Below, in pieces: positions 23,413 through 34,145 of a stretch of 64,000 nucleotides of DNA. How positions within the stretch are numbered: the first letter of the stretch is position 1; the number at the start of each line of letters is the position of its first letter. The notes below the pieces were generated by a model. It searched no databases. It was given only the letters and a program-made list of their open reading frames with translations, and was not told where the DNA came from. Source of the DNA: Escherichia coli (GTDB lineage: Bacteria > Pseudomonadota > Gammaproteobacteria > Enterobacterales > Enterobacteriaceae); the NCBI RefSeq assembly GCF_016026235.1, contig NZ_CP065613.1. One strand, 5' to 3'. The translations under genes were made by a program, and so were the position numbers.

Positions 23413-23946
23413 TCAGCCCATCGGTTGATCCGGCGCGTCAGTGATCCCACCACCATCACCATTTTCGGTGTGTTTGTGGGCATTGTAGGTCTGCCGCATT
23501 TGCTGCATGCTGAGTCCGCCACTGTCGCAATTGTCAGTAATATCGGCGGTGGATTCGACTGGCATTTCAAAGCGCGCTTTAGGCGCGTTTTTAAAAATTA
23601 TGGCCTTCCCGGCCCCGTCCACCACAATACCGGAACGGGTCAGGACAACGGACTGTCCCAGATCGTCATAAAGCGCCACTTCCCCACGTTTCAGTCCTTT
23701 CAGCCGGTAACGTCTGTCAGCCACGACCACAACCACACCATGAGAACGATCGCCCGCCGGAAATAAAGCAACGCCCTCAGCACCGTTCTGTGCGGCAGAT
23801 GTAAAACCATAAGGTTCAAGGTGCTCAACGTGTTGTTTCTGATCTCCGGCTATCATTTTCAACCCTACAGACTGACACTTTCTGGCGGAATCCACCGCCG
23901 TGATGACAGCCCGGGAAATCAGATTACGAAGAGAAAACCCGTTCAT
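23413..23946 (-). CDS. baseplate assembly protein V / spike (Mu gp45)
   Basis: 177 aa, gene order. Confidence 0.55.
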   Translation of the reverse strand: MNGFSLRNLISRAVITAVDSARKCQSVGLKMIAGDQKQHVEHLEPYGFTSAAQNGAEGVALFPAGDRSHGVVVVVADRRYRLKGLKRGEVALYDDLGQSVVLTRSGIVVDGAGKAIIFKNAPKARFEMPVESTADITDNCDSGGLSMQQMRQTYNAHKHTENGDGGGITDAPDQPMG

Positions 23947-25001
23947 CAGAAATCCTCCTCAACATTTTTTTTCTTCCTGGCGGTAACAGGCTCGGGGAGA
24001 TAAGCATCTGCCGGGCCAACCCGTAATTCAGTCGTCGTGCCCCGGTCGTCCTGGTTATAGGTAACTTCTGCGATCACCAGTTCATCATTATCAAAATTAT
24101 TCAGCGGGTCGAAAACGATGACAGATAACCCCGGACGCCATAACGCGCCACTGCCCTGCCGCCAGCCCTGAACCGTATATGTTGTCTCACGGGTAAGCGC
24201 AGCCCGTTGGCGCGCTTCAAATTCACAACGGGCCTTACAGGTTGCTGTCGTTGCTGTGCCTGACTGCTGAATCAACAAAGGGCGATAACGGGTCACGCCA
24301 CTGTCCTGAATGGTCTGACGTATTGCGGCAATGGTGGCCTCACCAAAATCATCGTCGTTGCCCGGGCGCTGCCCACTGACCTGATATTCAGAAAACCGCT
24401 CTCTGATGCTTCTTTCCGTGTCACAGGAAAGAATATTCTCTCCCAGCACCAGCGCCGTCGCCGCTTTACCTGTTCCGGGTTTTCCCAGAACCAGTCGCCC
24501 GCATTCATCGTCATAAGCCAGCGTCTGAACCTGCCCCAGTAACCGGTTAAGACAATCGGCAACGGTTTCGCCGTGTTCCGGCTGGGCATCAATCACCGCT
24601 GTCTGCGGCACGCCAGCATCAACAACGGTGATGCCAAATGGCGCAGCCAGTTCACTGACTATTCTGAGCAGGTTTTTTCCGCTCTGCTGGAGTGGCAAAG
24701 CAGAGCAGTCAACCAGATCGGCTGTTTTGCTTCGCCCGACAATTCCCATGCTGACGCTGCTGGCGTCATAACGAAGCGGTAGTGCCTCCACATATCCGGT
24801 GAGCACAGGCTCATCCCCGATAATCACTTCAACCAGCTCACCATTTTTTATCCGGGGTTGATAATCCCGGCTTCCGGGCCAGCGGGTGGTAATGGCAACA
24901 TTAAAATCCCGGGCAATACGGTTAATGCCCGCACTGATACGGACGGATGTCCAGCCGCCCCATTCGCGACCGGAAACCCGAAGTAAAACGGTATCATTCA
25001 T
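23946..25001 (-). CDS. tail/baseplate hub protein (Mu P, gp44)
   Basis: 351 aa, gene order. Confidence 0.6.
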   Translation of the reverse strand: MNDTVLLRVSGREWGGWTSVRISAGINRIARDFNVAITTRWPGSRDYQPRIKNGELVEVIIGDEPVLTGYVEALPLRYDASSVSMGIVGRSKTADLVDCSALPLQQSGKNLLRIVSELAAPFGITVVDAGVPQTAVIDAQPEHGETVADCLNRLLGQVQTLAYDDECGRLVLGKPGTGKAATALVLGENILSCDTERSIRERFSEYQVSGQRPGNDDDFGEATIAAIRQTIQDSGVTRYRPLLIQQSGTATTATCKARCEFEARQRAALTRETTYTVQGWRQGSGALWRPGLSVIVFDPLNNFDNDELVIAEVTYNQDDRGTTTELRVGPADAYLPEPVTARKKKNVEEDF

Positions 25002-26389
25002 CTGACGGGTACCCTTAATGCCCTGACCGGAACAAAGCCCGGATGAGAGATGGCATTTCGATCCAGGATATCAGTTTCACGGGACGCATCGTCGTACCAT
25101 GACGCAGCCAGAACAAGCGCAGGCAGAACTTCCGCTGGCGTTCGCTCTGCGGTTTCCTCCGTCTGAACCAGACGCGCCTGAATATCCCGGTTCAGTTCTG
25201 TACGTAATGACGTCAGCTGAAAAAACAGCCTGTCATCCGCCGTACGCCTGAGCTCCTGTTCAATCGCCGCGTTCAGCGATTCGCGTATGATGGTGAGATT
25301 TTCCCGCGTGGGTGGTTGCGCTCTCTCATCCTGTCCTGTGCTGGCTGCCACGCTGTCAAGTGCCGGATGAGAAACGTGAATAATATCGGACTGACGTTCA
25401 GTGGAACCACCAACAGCCACAACCGCCTGCTGATTTTTCACCAGGCTTCCGGGTTGTGGCAGTGAAGTGACCGCCCTTGTGGCTTCGCTGATTGCCGTCG
25501 TCCGGATGACAGCAGCCACAAGGTTTGTCTGCTGTTTTTGCCTGATAACCGATGCGGAATCTGTGGGCCACACCGCACGCGGTGCCAGTCCTGGGTCCAG
25601 CGTAATGCCGGACATTGTCGTTATGGACTGCACCAGATCCTGTGTGTTATCCACCAGCCGGGTTCCGGCCCGCCAGGTATCCTGCAACGTATGCACAAAA
25701 TCACTGGCAACCGACGGCGGCATCAGAATGACGGATAAATCGCCCTGCAGTAGTCTCGCTCCGGCAGAAACAGCCGAATTAACCATTTTGAAAGCTGTCT
25801 GAACGGTTCCCAGCATATCGGTCGTCCGGGCAATAACATCGTTCTGAATAAAGTCCGGTATTCCCGCGAGATCAAAATCGCCGAACATGTCTTCAATCAA
25901 CTCATCCAGGAATACGGACGACTCCTCCAGTTTTCTGGCGGTTGCAGCTCCGGCGACCGGAAATGACAGTTCCCCGCTCTCAACAAACTGAAATGAAACC
26001 CGGCACATACGGCCTTCAGTGCCGGAGTGAGAAACGGTCACCTGCCCGTCAATACAGCCCTGCATTTCACCGAACTGCGGATGGATCAGCGTCCCCGGCC
26101 CGGCGGTTTCAATCGCTGTAATCAGCCTGTCGCGCTGCTCTGCGTAATCATCACCAACGAGATACGCATTAATCGTCAGCCGTCGCGTGGCACGCCCGAG
26201 ATCTTCCGTGTACGGTTTGTCACGGTTTGGGTATTCATGGACCTGAACGCGGCGTCCGAACGAACCCTCGTCGCTCTCCACCGAAAACGGAACGCCACGA
26301 AATGAAGCGTCGTAAAGATTATCGCGCCAATTGATACCTGAAGATGCAGAAAAGAGTGAAGAAAGAGAAGGTAAAGAAGGTAAGTCCAT
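24998..26389 (-). CDS. DNA circulation protein (Mu N, gp43)
   Basis: 463 aa, follows tape measure region. Confidence 0.6.
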   Translation of the reverse strand: MDLPSLPSLSSLFSASSGINWRDNLYDASFRGVPFSVESDEGSFGRRVQVHEYPNRDKPYTEDLGRATRRLTINAYLVGDDYAEQRDRLITAIETAGPGTLIHPQFGEMQGCIDGQVTVSHSGTEGRMCRVSFQFVESGELSFPVAGAATARKLEESSVFLDELIEDMFGDFDLAGIPDFIQNDVIARTTDMLGTVQTAFKMVNSAVSAGARLLQGDLSVILMPPSVASDFVHTLQDTWRAGTRLVDNTQDLVQSITTMSGITLDPGLAPRAVWPTDSASVIRQKQQTNLVAAVIRTTAISEATRAVTSLPQPGSLVKNQQAVVAVGGSTERQSDIIHVSHPALDSVAASTGQDERAQPPTRENLTIIRESLNAAIEQELRRTADDRLFFQLTSLRTELNRDIQARLVQTEETAERTPAEVLPALVLAASWYDDASRETDILDRNAISHPGFVPVRALRVPVR

Positions 26390-26399
26390 ACTGTCTCCA

Positions 26400-26428
26400 C
26401 TATAAAAAAACCGCCAATTTCTGGCGGC
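26400..26428 (-). terminator. Rho-independent terminator after lipoprotein moron
   Basis: minus-strand GCCGCCAGAAATTGGCGG hairpin followed by TTTTTTT. Confidence 0.65.
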
Positions 26429-26435
26429 TTATATA

Positions 26436-26918
26436 TTAATCATCATTAATATCTTTCATATTCAATTTGCAATTTTCGTAGGTCACTCCCGACTCGCCAT
26501 TAACATTAACTCCAGCTCTGATATTCCCGTTTTCTTTTACATCTACAAAAAACTGGCCTCTTGGCATCTTGAACGCAAATGTAAAACCAACAGTATCTGA
26601 ATCAAAATCATCATCTTTATATATTGGGATCAAAAATGTCATCGTCGCTGGTGATGCATTGTTTGCAAAATCAAATACACCTATACTTTTGCCGAATTCA
26701 TAAGAAGCTTTTCTCAATATAATCGCACCGCTGGCAGAAGGGGATGGGCACGATATCCTCAGTTGTCTGAATCCATCTGTATCCAAGTCAACGTCATTAT
26801 CTGCAGATGTTTTAACGTTACTAATAAATCGTGAAACAATCTCCTCATTTGTTAGTATTTTCGCCTGAGCACAGCAAGAGGTTAATATTGCAACCGTCAT
26901 TAAAAATGGCTTTATCAC
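26436..26918 (-). CDS. predicted lipoprotein (moron in tail module)
   Basis: 160 aa, signal peptide with lipobox LTSC, AT-rich gene with own terminator between tape measure and gp43. Confidence 0.6.
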   Translation of the reverse strand: MIKPFLMTVAILTSCCAQAKILTNEEIVSRFISNVKTSADNDVDLDTDGFRQLRISCPSPSASGAIILRKASYEFGKSIGVFDFANNASPATMTFLIPIYKDDDFDSDTVGFTFAFKMPRGQFFVDVKENGNIRAGVNVNGESGVTYENCKLNMKDINDD

Positions 26919-26985
26919 AAAACAAACTCCATTGTTAGCATGTTACGCGATAATTTTGCCTCATCTTTCACCACAAAAAAAGAAC

Positions 26986-28935
26986 TCACCTTTTAAATGG
27001 AGAATACCCAACATCATGGGTGATTTTCATAAAGGGATCGCCTGTTTTCGGCAAATCGATAACGCGCATTCCAGGCGGCGCGTTGTCAAACGTCACCTTA
27101 AGTTCGCTGCGGGTTGCCGGTGAAGATGCAAGGCTTAACAGCTGATTCCTTTCCAGTGATACATTCGGGGTGTAGCGTTTATCGGGAGATAAATACCCAT
27201 CACCACGTGGCATCTGCCATCCGGTCATGTCATAGACAAAATCATGGAACTGTTTGCCCCACTCGTCGAACTTATCATTCAGACCAAATCCACTGTTCAG
27301 TGCATCAGCCACAAAATTTTTAACAAGCCAGGGATGTTCTTTTTCAAACTCCTGCGCCATCATGCCCAGTTCAAGCAATCCACCAATCAGACTGATCTTT
27401 CCGAGGCCCTTTAATTTCAGCCCTGTTTTTCCTGCCGCCGTTGTCCATTGATTCTGGGCGACTGTTGCCGCACGAATACTTGCCACCGCCTTCACACCAA
27501 TATACAGGGCAGAAACCGTTGCTATTGTTTTTACTGCCTGTTCCCATCCCCCCATTGCTCTGACAACCTGATCAACCTCCTGCCAGACTTTTTTCACAAC
27601 CGGACCGACCGTTTCCCAGTTATCAATTATGAGATATGCACCACCGACGAGAAGCGCAATTAATCCCTTTGCCGGCGTCATATTCATCACGCTACCCATG
27701 ATTTTTGTTATGCGTGTCAATGTGCCAATCGCCACGCCCATCGTCAGTAATGCCGCACCAGTTTTCGCGATGGTTTTTACGACCTCAGGATTTTCTCTGA
27801 CAAACGTGCGCACTTCTTCCAGAAAAGGCTTCATCTCTTTTATGCCTTCATTGAGTGAAGGCAGGAAGGTTTCCCCCAGCGTGGAAGAAATCGCATTGAT
27901 CTGGTTCTGCAGCAGCAACAACTGATTTTCTGTCGTCGCGGCACGGGCGGCATATTCTTTCTGCATTGAGCCGCCATACTGCTGCGCATCCGCCACACGA
28001 TTAAAGTTGGTTCGCAACAAATCCAGATTCGTGAGCAGCGGCGCAATGGCCCCCAGGGATTCCTTCCCGAACAGCGCTTTCAGCACAGCAGCCTGTTTTT
28101 CTTTCGGCACTTTTGCCAGAGAATCCAGTACGTGCAGCATGGCCCCGCGGGCGTCTTTCTGCATATCCGCCGCCAGTTTTTTCGGGCTAATGCGCAACGA
28201 GCGGAGCACTTTTTTCTGCGATTTGGTGGCAGAATCCCTCGCTGTCAGCGACAACATAAAATTCTTTATCCCCGTCGCAGCAATTTCTGACTCCACCCCC
28301 ATTCCGGCAATGGTTGCCCCCATTGCGGCAATCTCTCCGGAGGCCACACCCGCAACACTGCCTAAAGGGCCAATACGGGTCACAACATCAGAAATCTTTT
28401 TCGCACTTGCAGGACCGGTATTGCCAAGATAGTTAATCTTATCCGCAAGCCCTGCCACCTCTCCCTGTGTCAGTTTAAAGGCAGTGCGCCACTGCGCCAT
28501 CATCTGACCGGATTCTTCTGCCGTGGTGTCAAAGGCCACGCCCATCTTCACGGCATCGTCAGTAAACTGCATCAGCTCGTCACGGGCGATACCAGCCTGA
28601 CCACCCGCCGCCACAATTTCGGCGATACCTTCCGCCGACATGGGCAGTTCTGTTGACAGGTCGCGCACCTGCTCCGTCATTGCCTTAAACGCTTCCGGCG
28701 TATCCAGACCATCCACCACTTTCCGGACATCCGCCATTTTTGATTCAAGGGCAATGGCAGATTTGACCGGGAGCGCCAGCGCCCCCAGTACTGCGGTTCC
28801 GGCACCCGCTGCGCCCAGTGACAGGCTGGCAAACTCCTTTTTAAAACCTTTCAGCTGGCGCTGCATTCCCTTCAGCGGTGCCGATACCTTATCCACGGCA
28901 GTGATGATCGCCTTCAGCTGAAAACTGTCAGCCAT
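26986..28935 (-). CDS. tail tape measure protein
   Basis: 649 aa, Ala/Gly-rich helical, position after tube and chaperone. Confidence 0.8.
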   Translation of the reverse strand: MADSFQLKAIITAVDKVSAPLKGMQRQLKGFKKEFASLSLGAAGAGTAVLGALALPVKSAIALESKMADVRKVVDGLDTPEAFKAMTEQVRDLSTELPMSAEGIAEIVAAGGQAGIARDELMQFTDDAVKMGVAFDTTAEESGQMMAQWRTAFKLTQGEVAGLADKINYLGNTGPASAKKISDVVTRIGPLGSVAGVASGEIAAMGATIAGMGVESEIAATGIKNFMLSLTARDSATKSQKKVLRSLRISPKKLAADMQKDARGAMLHVLDSLAKVPKEKQAAVLKALFGKESLGAIAPLLTNLDLLRTNFNRVADAQQYGGSMQKEYAARAATTENQLLLLQNQINAISSTLGETFLPSLNEGIKEMKPFLEEVRTFVRENPEVVKTIAKTGAALLTMGVAIGTLTRITKIMGSVMNMTPAKGLIALLVGGAYLIIDNWETVGPVVKKVWQEVDQVVRAMGGWEQAVKTIATVSALYIGVKAVASIRAATVAQNQWTTAAGKTGLKLKGLGKISLIGGLLELGMMAQEFEKEHPWLVKNFVADALNSGFGLNDKFDEWGKQFHDFVYDMTGWQMPRGDGYLSPDKRYTPNVSLERNQLLSLASSPATRSELKVTFDNAPPGMRVIDLPKTGDPFMKITHDVGYSPFKR

Positions 28936-29019
28936 GCTTCATCTCCTCGTTAATGCGGACGGCCTCGGCTTCCAGTTCTGTAAACTGCGAAACAGCCACC
29001 CGTCGCAGCTCCAGTGGAT

Positions 29020-29355
29020 TCAGTTTCCAGAACCAGGCAACATTGTAGAGTCGTTTCCGGAGGTGCTTCCCGTCTCCGACTGGGTAAAAAAACGCAGGAT
29101 CTGCATGCTGGTCTTAAAAATATCCAGTTTTGCCATCTGCGCCGCCGATGAACGCGGGATCCCCGCCAGCAACGGGATATATTTCAGTGCCACCTGGCTG
29201 TCCAGTTTAATACTGCCTTCACCGGAAATAATGAAAGGAAAACCCAGCGCCTCGATTTCGTCATACGTGGGCTCGCGCAACTCCAGCACATGCAGCATTT
29301 CGTTATGCGCTGTCACCGGTTTTTTTAAAACTATTTCTGTAACGTTCATTGCCAT
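29020..29355 (-). CDS. tail assembly chaperone (Mu gp41-like)
   Basis: 111 aa between tube and tape measure. Confidence 0.5.
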   Translation of the reverse strand: MAMNVTEIVLKKPVTAHNEMLHVLELREPTYDEIEALGFPFIISGEGSIKLDSQVALKYIPLLAGIPRSSAAQMAKLDIFKTSMQILRFFTQSETGSTSGNDSTMLPGSGN

Positions 29356-29711
29356 TACTGATACCCTCCCTCTTCGCCGTGGAATTCAAGATCTGCCGTG
29401 CCTTCTTCGGCATTATGATTAGCCTCTCCGTGCAGCCATGCCGCCGAAAGCACATACACCATGCCGTTTGCCAGCTCAGCGGTAATCGTCATCTGGTCTG
29501 AGGTGGTAATTTTGTCGACCGGAAAGTTTTTGGGCACTTTAAACGTGCCCTTAACGTAAGGTGACCGCCAGGTCTCCTTGTAATCCACATCCCCTGCCAT
29601 GCCGACGATGTCATCCCGGACATTGGTGTTCATCGGCACTTCAATGCCACCTGTCAGCGATAACTGCTGACCATCCACTTTAAAAAAACAGGTTCCGGCG
29701 ATCTTTGCCAT
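29355..29711 (-). CDS. tail tube protein
   Basis: 118 aa immediately after sheath. Confidence 0.7.
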   Translation of the reverse strand: MAKIAGTCFFKVDGQQLSLTGGIEVPMNTNVRDDIVGMAGDVDYKETWRSPYVKGTFKVPKNFPVDKITTSDQMTITAELANGMVYVLSAAWLHGEANHNAEEGTADLEFHGEEGGYQ

Positions 29712-30763
29712 TATGCTGACTCCTCTGAATACTGAAGACGGAACTGGTTAACCACCGCAAAGACACGTAACTGATTAACATAATCCGGCGGGAACAGCGT
29801 ATTCAGTCGGTTCGGGTTATCTGCATCACGCTCAACTATCAGATACTGTTTAAACAGATCGTAATTTTCCACAATACCGGCACGCTCCATCTGACGATAT
29901 GTCGCCAGAAGTTCCCCTTTGATAACGGCAGGAGTGACAATCGCCTGCCCCGGACCAAAACGGGTACCATCATTTGCCAGCTTGTGACGTCCGTACTTGC
30001 TTGTGATGACCGATTTCAGTTTGCGAAGAACATATGCACTGGTATGCAGAGTTTCACTGTCCAGATAGCTGTTGTCTGCCACGCCATACGCATTCTTTTT
30101 GTAGGTGGTTACGGAACGCTGGATCTGCAACGTGCCGCCTTCCACATAAGCCGTCGCCACGCCGTGAGATAAAAGGGTCTGCTGCTCTGTCATGATGAAT
30201 CGCTTACCTTTCGGTGCCGGAAGCATCCCCACCAGCTCCCCCGTCTGTGTCGGACGGGCAGGATCATTCCGGATAAATACCGCTTCACGGGCAAGGCGAC
30301 TGGCAACCAGTTCATCGACAGGCGACTGGGTTTCTTTTTCGTAACCGGCAAGCGTGATATGTTGCTGATTATGCATATCTCCGGCACCAACCAGCTCTGA
30401 CAGCGTTCCCAGTTTTGCGGTATAGACATGCCCGTATAACTGGCGCGCATAACTCCAGCGACCGCTGCTGTCATTCATTTCGGTCATCATCATATTGATG
30501 GAGGCGGCATCGTTGAACGGCAGACCGATAAAGTCGAATGCCTCATCGCCCATAGCAGCAACAGCGGCGGTAAGATCAGGCGCTCCGCTATCGGCAGCAC
30601 CGACTTCCGTCACCACCCGAAGCCCTGCTGGCAGAATCTCACCACCACCAGAACCATAATAATTCAGACAGACCGGTAACTCATTACCATACAGCCCCTT
30701 ATGACGGGCAGTCAGCGTCACCACGCCTGCATCAGATGACGCCGTAAACGGCAGGGTGATAAC
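29711..30763 (-). pseudogene. contractile tail sheath protein, 3' portion (gene split by IS insertion)
   Basis: reading frame continues the 5' portion at 32058..32511 across the IS; 9-10 bp target duplication GGGTGATAAC at both junctions. Confidence 0.8.
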
Positions 30764-32057
30764 CTGAGGAATCCCCAGAAAACAAGACAGGCATAGTGAG
30801 ATGTGATCTAATTGATTGTGCTAACAATTTCAAGGAGATCACCACTATGCCTGCACGTTCATTATGCCAAAATTTCCTTAACAATATACTGGCCCCTTTG
30901 CATCTTTACCGTCAAAAATCACTGATTGACGCAACTAATGCTGTAATAAATGGCGCTTCCCTCACACTTACCAGTATCGGGCGTCATTTAACCGGTACGG
31001 CATCAGTTAAAAACAAAATAAAGCGGGTGGATCGACTGTTGGGGAATCGACATTTGCAAAATGAGGTTTCCACCATTTTTCAGCGAATTACCCAAAAGAT
31101 TACGCGGGGAATGTCTCGTGTTGTGATACTCATTGACTGGAGTGCTTATCATGCCTCTCGTTTTCAGCTTTTGCGGGCAAGCCTGGCATGTGACGGGCGT
31201 TCTTTACCGTTGATGAGTTGTGTCGTTCCATCATCACAGACAGCGAATGCAGATGTACATGAGCGTTTTCTGGAATCGCTTGCTGAGTGCTTTTCCCCCG
31301 GGACTGATGTCATTGTTATTACAGATGCCGGTTTTCAGGGGCGATGGTTCCAACAGCTCCGCTCCCGTGGCTGGACCTATATTTGCCGGGTACTGGGCAA
31401 TCATTATTACAATGTTGGTAATGGCTGGGAAAAGGTGTCGGACTCAGGCACAAAAGCATCAACGACAGCAATTTATTTAGGTGAAGGCCTGCTGGGTCGA
31501 GATAAAAATGCACAACATGAAGGGCATTTTTATCTTTATAAAAGTAAGCCTAAAGGTCGTAGATTTAAACGCTCGAAGGAAAGAGCAACCAGACCATCGG
31601 TGACGGCTAAAGCTCGTACTGCCGGGAAATCACCATGGTTTATTTTCACAAACAGTACTGAGTTCTCGCCAAAACAGGTAATGAAATTATACAGCCGTAG
31701 AATGCAAATTGAGCAAAATTTCAGGGATGAAAAAAATCCTCGCTGGGGATTTGGACTACGGTTTGGTGCCAGTCATTCATCCGGGCGGGTCACGGTATTG
31801 AGTCTGATCGCAACATTAGCCAGTATCATTATGTGGTTAAGCGGTTTCAGCCTGGAAAACAAAGGGATACATCATAAATATCAGGCAAATACAGTGAAGC
31901 ACAGGCGAGTCATCTCGTTATTAAAACTGGCGGAGAATGTGATTCGACATTCTCCACTCATACTAAACACACTGTCACTTGACGCAGGGCTGAAAGTTCT
32001 ACAGCAACGGTATACCAATATGATAATGGTTTACTAAATTTTCTGGGGATCCCTCAG
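30764..32057 (+). mobile_element. IS4-family insertion sequence, IS10-like ends, copy 1
   Basis: 1294 bp, terminal inverted repeats CTGAGGAATCCCCAGAAAAC / CTGAGGGATCCCCAGAAAAT, flanking direct repeat. Confidence 0.85.
30847..32037 (+). CDS. IS4-family (IS10-like) transposase
   Basis: 396 aa; RIDRLLGNRHL-like and YSRRMQIEQNFRDxK motifs recalled from IS10 transposase; AAGGAG RBS. Confidence 0.85.
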   Translation: MPARSLCQNFLNNILAPLHLYRQKSLIDATNAVINGASLTLTSIGRHLTGTASVKNKIKRVDRLLGNRHLQNEVSTIFQRITQKITRGMSRVVILIDWSAYHASRFQLLRASLACDGRSLPLMSCVVPSSQTANADVHERFLESLAECFSPGTDVIVITDAGFQGRWFQQLRSRGWTYICRVLGNHYYNVGNGWEKVSDSGTKASTTAIYLGEGLLGRDKNAQHEGHFYLYKSKPKGRRFKRSKERATRPSVTAKARTAGKSPWFIFTNSTEFSPKQVMKLYSRRMQIEQNFRDEKNPRWGFGLRFGASHSSGRVTVLSLIATLASIIMWLSGFSLENKGIHHKYQANTVKHRRVISLLKLAENVIRHSPLILNTLSLDAGLKVLQQRYTNMIMVY

Positions 32058-32511
32058 GGGTGATAACCCCGTTTACCGCTTCCTTAATCGCGGTGGCAAC
32101 CGCAGTGGCATCATCGCCATTCACCACAGGCACCTGTACACGGGAGCGCCCGACATACAGACTCAGGGTGCCGCTTTCCTCTGCTTCTCCGGCAACCGTC
32201 ACCCTGACCGTCGCCGCCGCCCCTCTGGCTTCCGGTACTGCAATAACATACAGTTCACCGAAAGGATCTGTCTGACGGTAGACTTCCACCATACGCGCCA
32301 GCTGGCTCCCCGCCCCACAAATCTGGCGGGCATAATCTGCCGATGGCATCAGCACCAGGCTGTTAACCTCAATGGCTGCATCGTTGCTGGCATGCCCGAT
32401 CAGTAATGCAGGCGCGCTGGTCACCGCTGTATTTGCCGCAGAATTGTTCATCTCGGCGTAGAACAACGGCACCAGCGTATTCGACGGAACAGTATTAAAA
32501 CTTATCGTCAT
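32058..32511 (-). pseudogene. contractile tail sheath protein, 5' portion
   Basis: MTISFNTVPSNTLVPLFYAEM... N-terminus; frame runs into the IS end. Confidence 0.8.
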
Positions 32512-32669
32512 GATTTTTTAGCCTTATCCTGTTTAACACGTACCACATCACCCGCCGCTATACGGCGGAACCAGTAGCTGCTTTCTTCCACATTTCGCCC
32601 TTCGGAAGGCAAAAGGTCTCCACGGGCAGGGTCAGGAACCGACCGCCCTTTCAGGGGTTTCACAAACAT
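32508..32669 (-). CDS. hypothetical small phage protein
   Basis: 53-aa ORF (below ORF-track cut-off) with ATGA overlap to sheath start. Confidence 0.3.
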   Translation of the reverse strand: MFVKPLKGRSVPDPARGDLLPSEGRNVEESSYWFRRIAAGDVVRVKQDKAKKS

Positions 32670-32678
32670 GAGGGACTC

Positions 32679-33242
32679 TTAATTCTGAGGGAAACGCATT
32701 TCCAGATGGTGCTCAATGTCACCATCCGGGCCAGTACCAGGATCGATGTAATCCACATCAATACTCAGCAGGGATAAATCCGGCAGGGCATTCACGTCCT
32801 CTGCCTGTCGCGTGTCTTCTTCCGTGATTTCATACTTCGCCGTAAAATCAAACTGGTAATACAGTTCGTAACGGTTCAGATCCAGCAGGGTGCCACCGAC
32901 ATAAACAATCTCGCCCCCTTGCGGGTCCGGCATCCATCCAAGCAGGGCTTTCCAGAGTTCTCTCCGGACATCATGAACGGCGTCATAGGCTGCCCACTGC
33001 CCTTTTTCATCACGCTCATTGCTGAGCACCACAATCACGGAGAAGCCTTCAGTCAAATCCTGCCAGTAATCGGTCTGTGATTTTTGTTCCCCCGGCGCAT
33101 CGTCAGAGGGAACCACATAGGCAGCAGGCAGGCGAAGTTTTCCGGCATCAGGGATCGCCTTAAACTGCGCCGCGCCACCAACACGCTCCTCAAAACGCGG
33201 GCATCGCTCACGCAGCGCCGCAATTATCGTTGTCAGTTTCAT
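32679..33242 (-). CDS. phage virion protein (tail completion / Mu gp37-like)
   Basis: 187 aa between head-tail joining genes and sheath. Confidence 0.45.
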   Translation of the reverse strand: MKLTTIIAALRERCPRFEERVGGAAQFKAIPDAGKLRLPAAYVVPSDDAPGEQKSQTDYWQDLTEGFSVIVVLSNERDEKGQWAAYDAVHDVRRELWKALLGWMPDPQGGEIVYVGGTLLDLNRYELYYQFDFTAKYEITEEDTRQAEDVNALPDLSLLSIDVDYIDPGTGPDGDIEHHLEMRFPQN

Positions 33243-33802
33243 TTATGCTTCCTTTTTACCGGACGTAACGAACGCTGCAGCTCACGGGACAACAGTTCCT
33301 GCGTCCAGTGACGCCGACGCTCAATAACGTCAGCCATAAAGTTATTACGCGGGGCCAGCCGGAAAGTCGAAGAATGGTGCTTCTTCTGCCGCTTATCCTT
33401 TTTATCCATTCCATACGCTGAATGGCGAACGCCGTAATACAGAAACGCCGGATAATAAGGAGCACCTTCAGGAAAACGGCGATTCCCCTGCCCGTTTTTC
33501 TGGTCAGGGGAAATTTTCACCATCAGTCCGGGGCGACGCGTCGTTTTTTTGGGAACGTAATAACCAATGGAGCGGGCCAGACGCCCGGTCTGATATCCCG
33601 GGTTCTCTCCCGGACCGGAGCGTCCGCGTTTAATCACCAGACGTCTGGCATCACGCATGTAAACGCGCCCGATTTGCACAAACGCCCGACGCAGACGGGC
33701 GCGATTAAACTCCAGCTCCTCTGGTTGTTTAAAGTCGACGTGTAAAAATGCTGTCTGATTCATGGCATTCACCCCGTCGTCGCGCTGTACGCAGTTCTTC
33801 AC
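33239..33802 (-). CDS. HK97 gp10-like head-tail joining protein
   Basis: 187 aa, basic, gene order. Confidence 0.5.
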   Translation of the reverse strand: MKNCVQRDDGVNAMNQTAFLHVDFKQPEELEFNRARLRRAFVQIGRVYMRDARRLVIKRGRSGPGENPGYQTGRLARSIGYYVPKKTTRRPGLMVKISPDQKNGQGNRRFPEGAPYYPAFLYYGVRHSAYGMDKKDKRQKKHHSSTFRLAPRNNFMADVIERRRHWTQELLSRELQRSLRPVKRKHK

Positions 33803-34145
33803 ATTCCAGTAATAAAAAACGCCGCTGACCGTTCAGGTCACGTATTCGCCGGATCCGGTACTCTTGGCCGTAATAAACCACTTCGTGATCTGCCGTGATG
33901 TCGTGCCGGAAACGGATCGTAAAATAATGCGTAACGATATTTTCTGTCTGCACTGAGCCCTGATAAGCGGCAGCGCCTGGCTGAGCCACCTTTGCCCAGA
34001 CATCAAACGACTCCGGATACGTTGGCTCCGTACCAAAATCAGCGGTGGGTTCATCCACACGAAGGCGGATCTTTATCCGGCGATTCAGCTCTCCGGGATC
34101 CGGTAAAAGGTAAGTGGCACTGGTCTGACTTTGCCTGATTTTCAT
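33729..34145 (-). CDS. head closure / head-tail adaptor protein
   Basis: 138 aa from ATG 34145, ATGA coupling with upstream gene. Confidence 0.5.
   Translation of the reverse strand: MKIRQSQTSATYLLPDPGELNRRIKIRLRVDEPTADFGTEPTYPESFDVWAKVAQPGAAAYQGSVQTENIVTHYFTIRFRHDITADHEVVYYGQEYRIRRIRDLNGQRRFLLLECEELRTARRRGECHESDSIFTRRL

Noticed and set aside
28940-29100. Possible programmed -1 frameshift in the tail assembly chaperone
   Set aside because: A T7-A run exists at 29075..29082, but its phase relative to the chaperone frame does not form a canonical X_XXY_YYZ site and no extended alternative frame was evident
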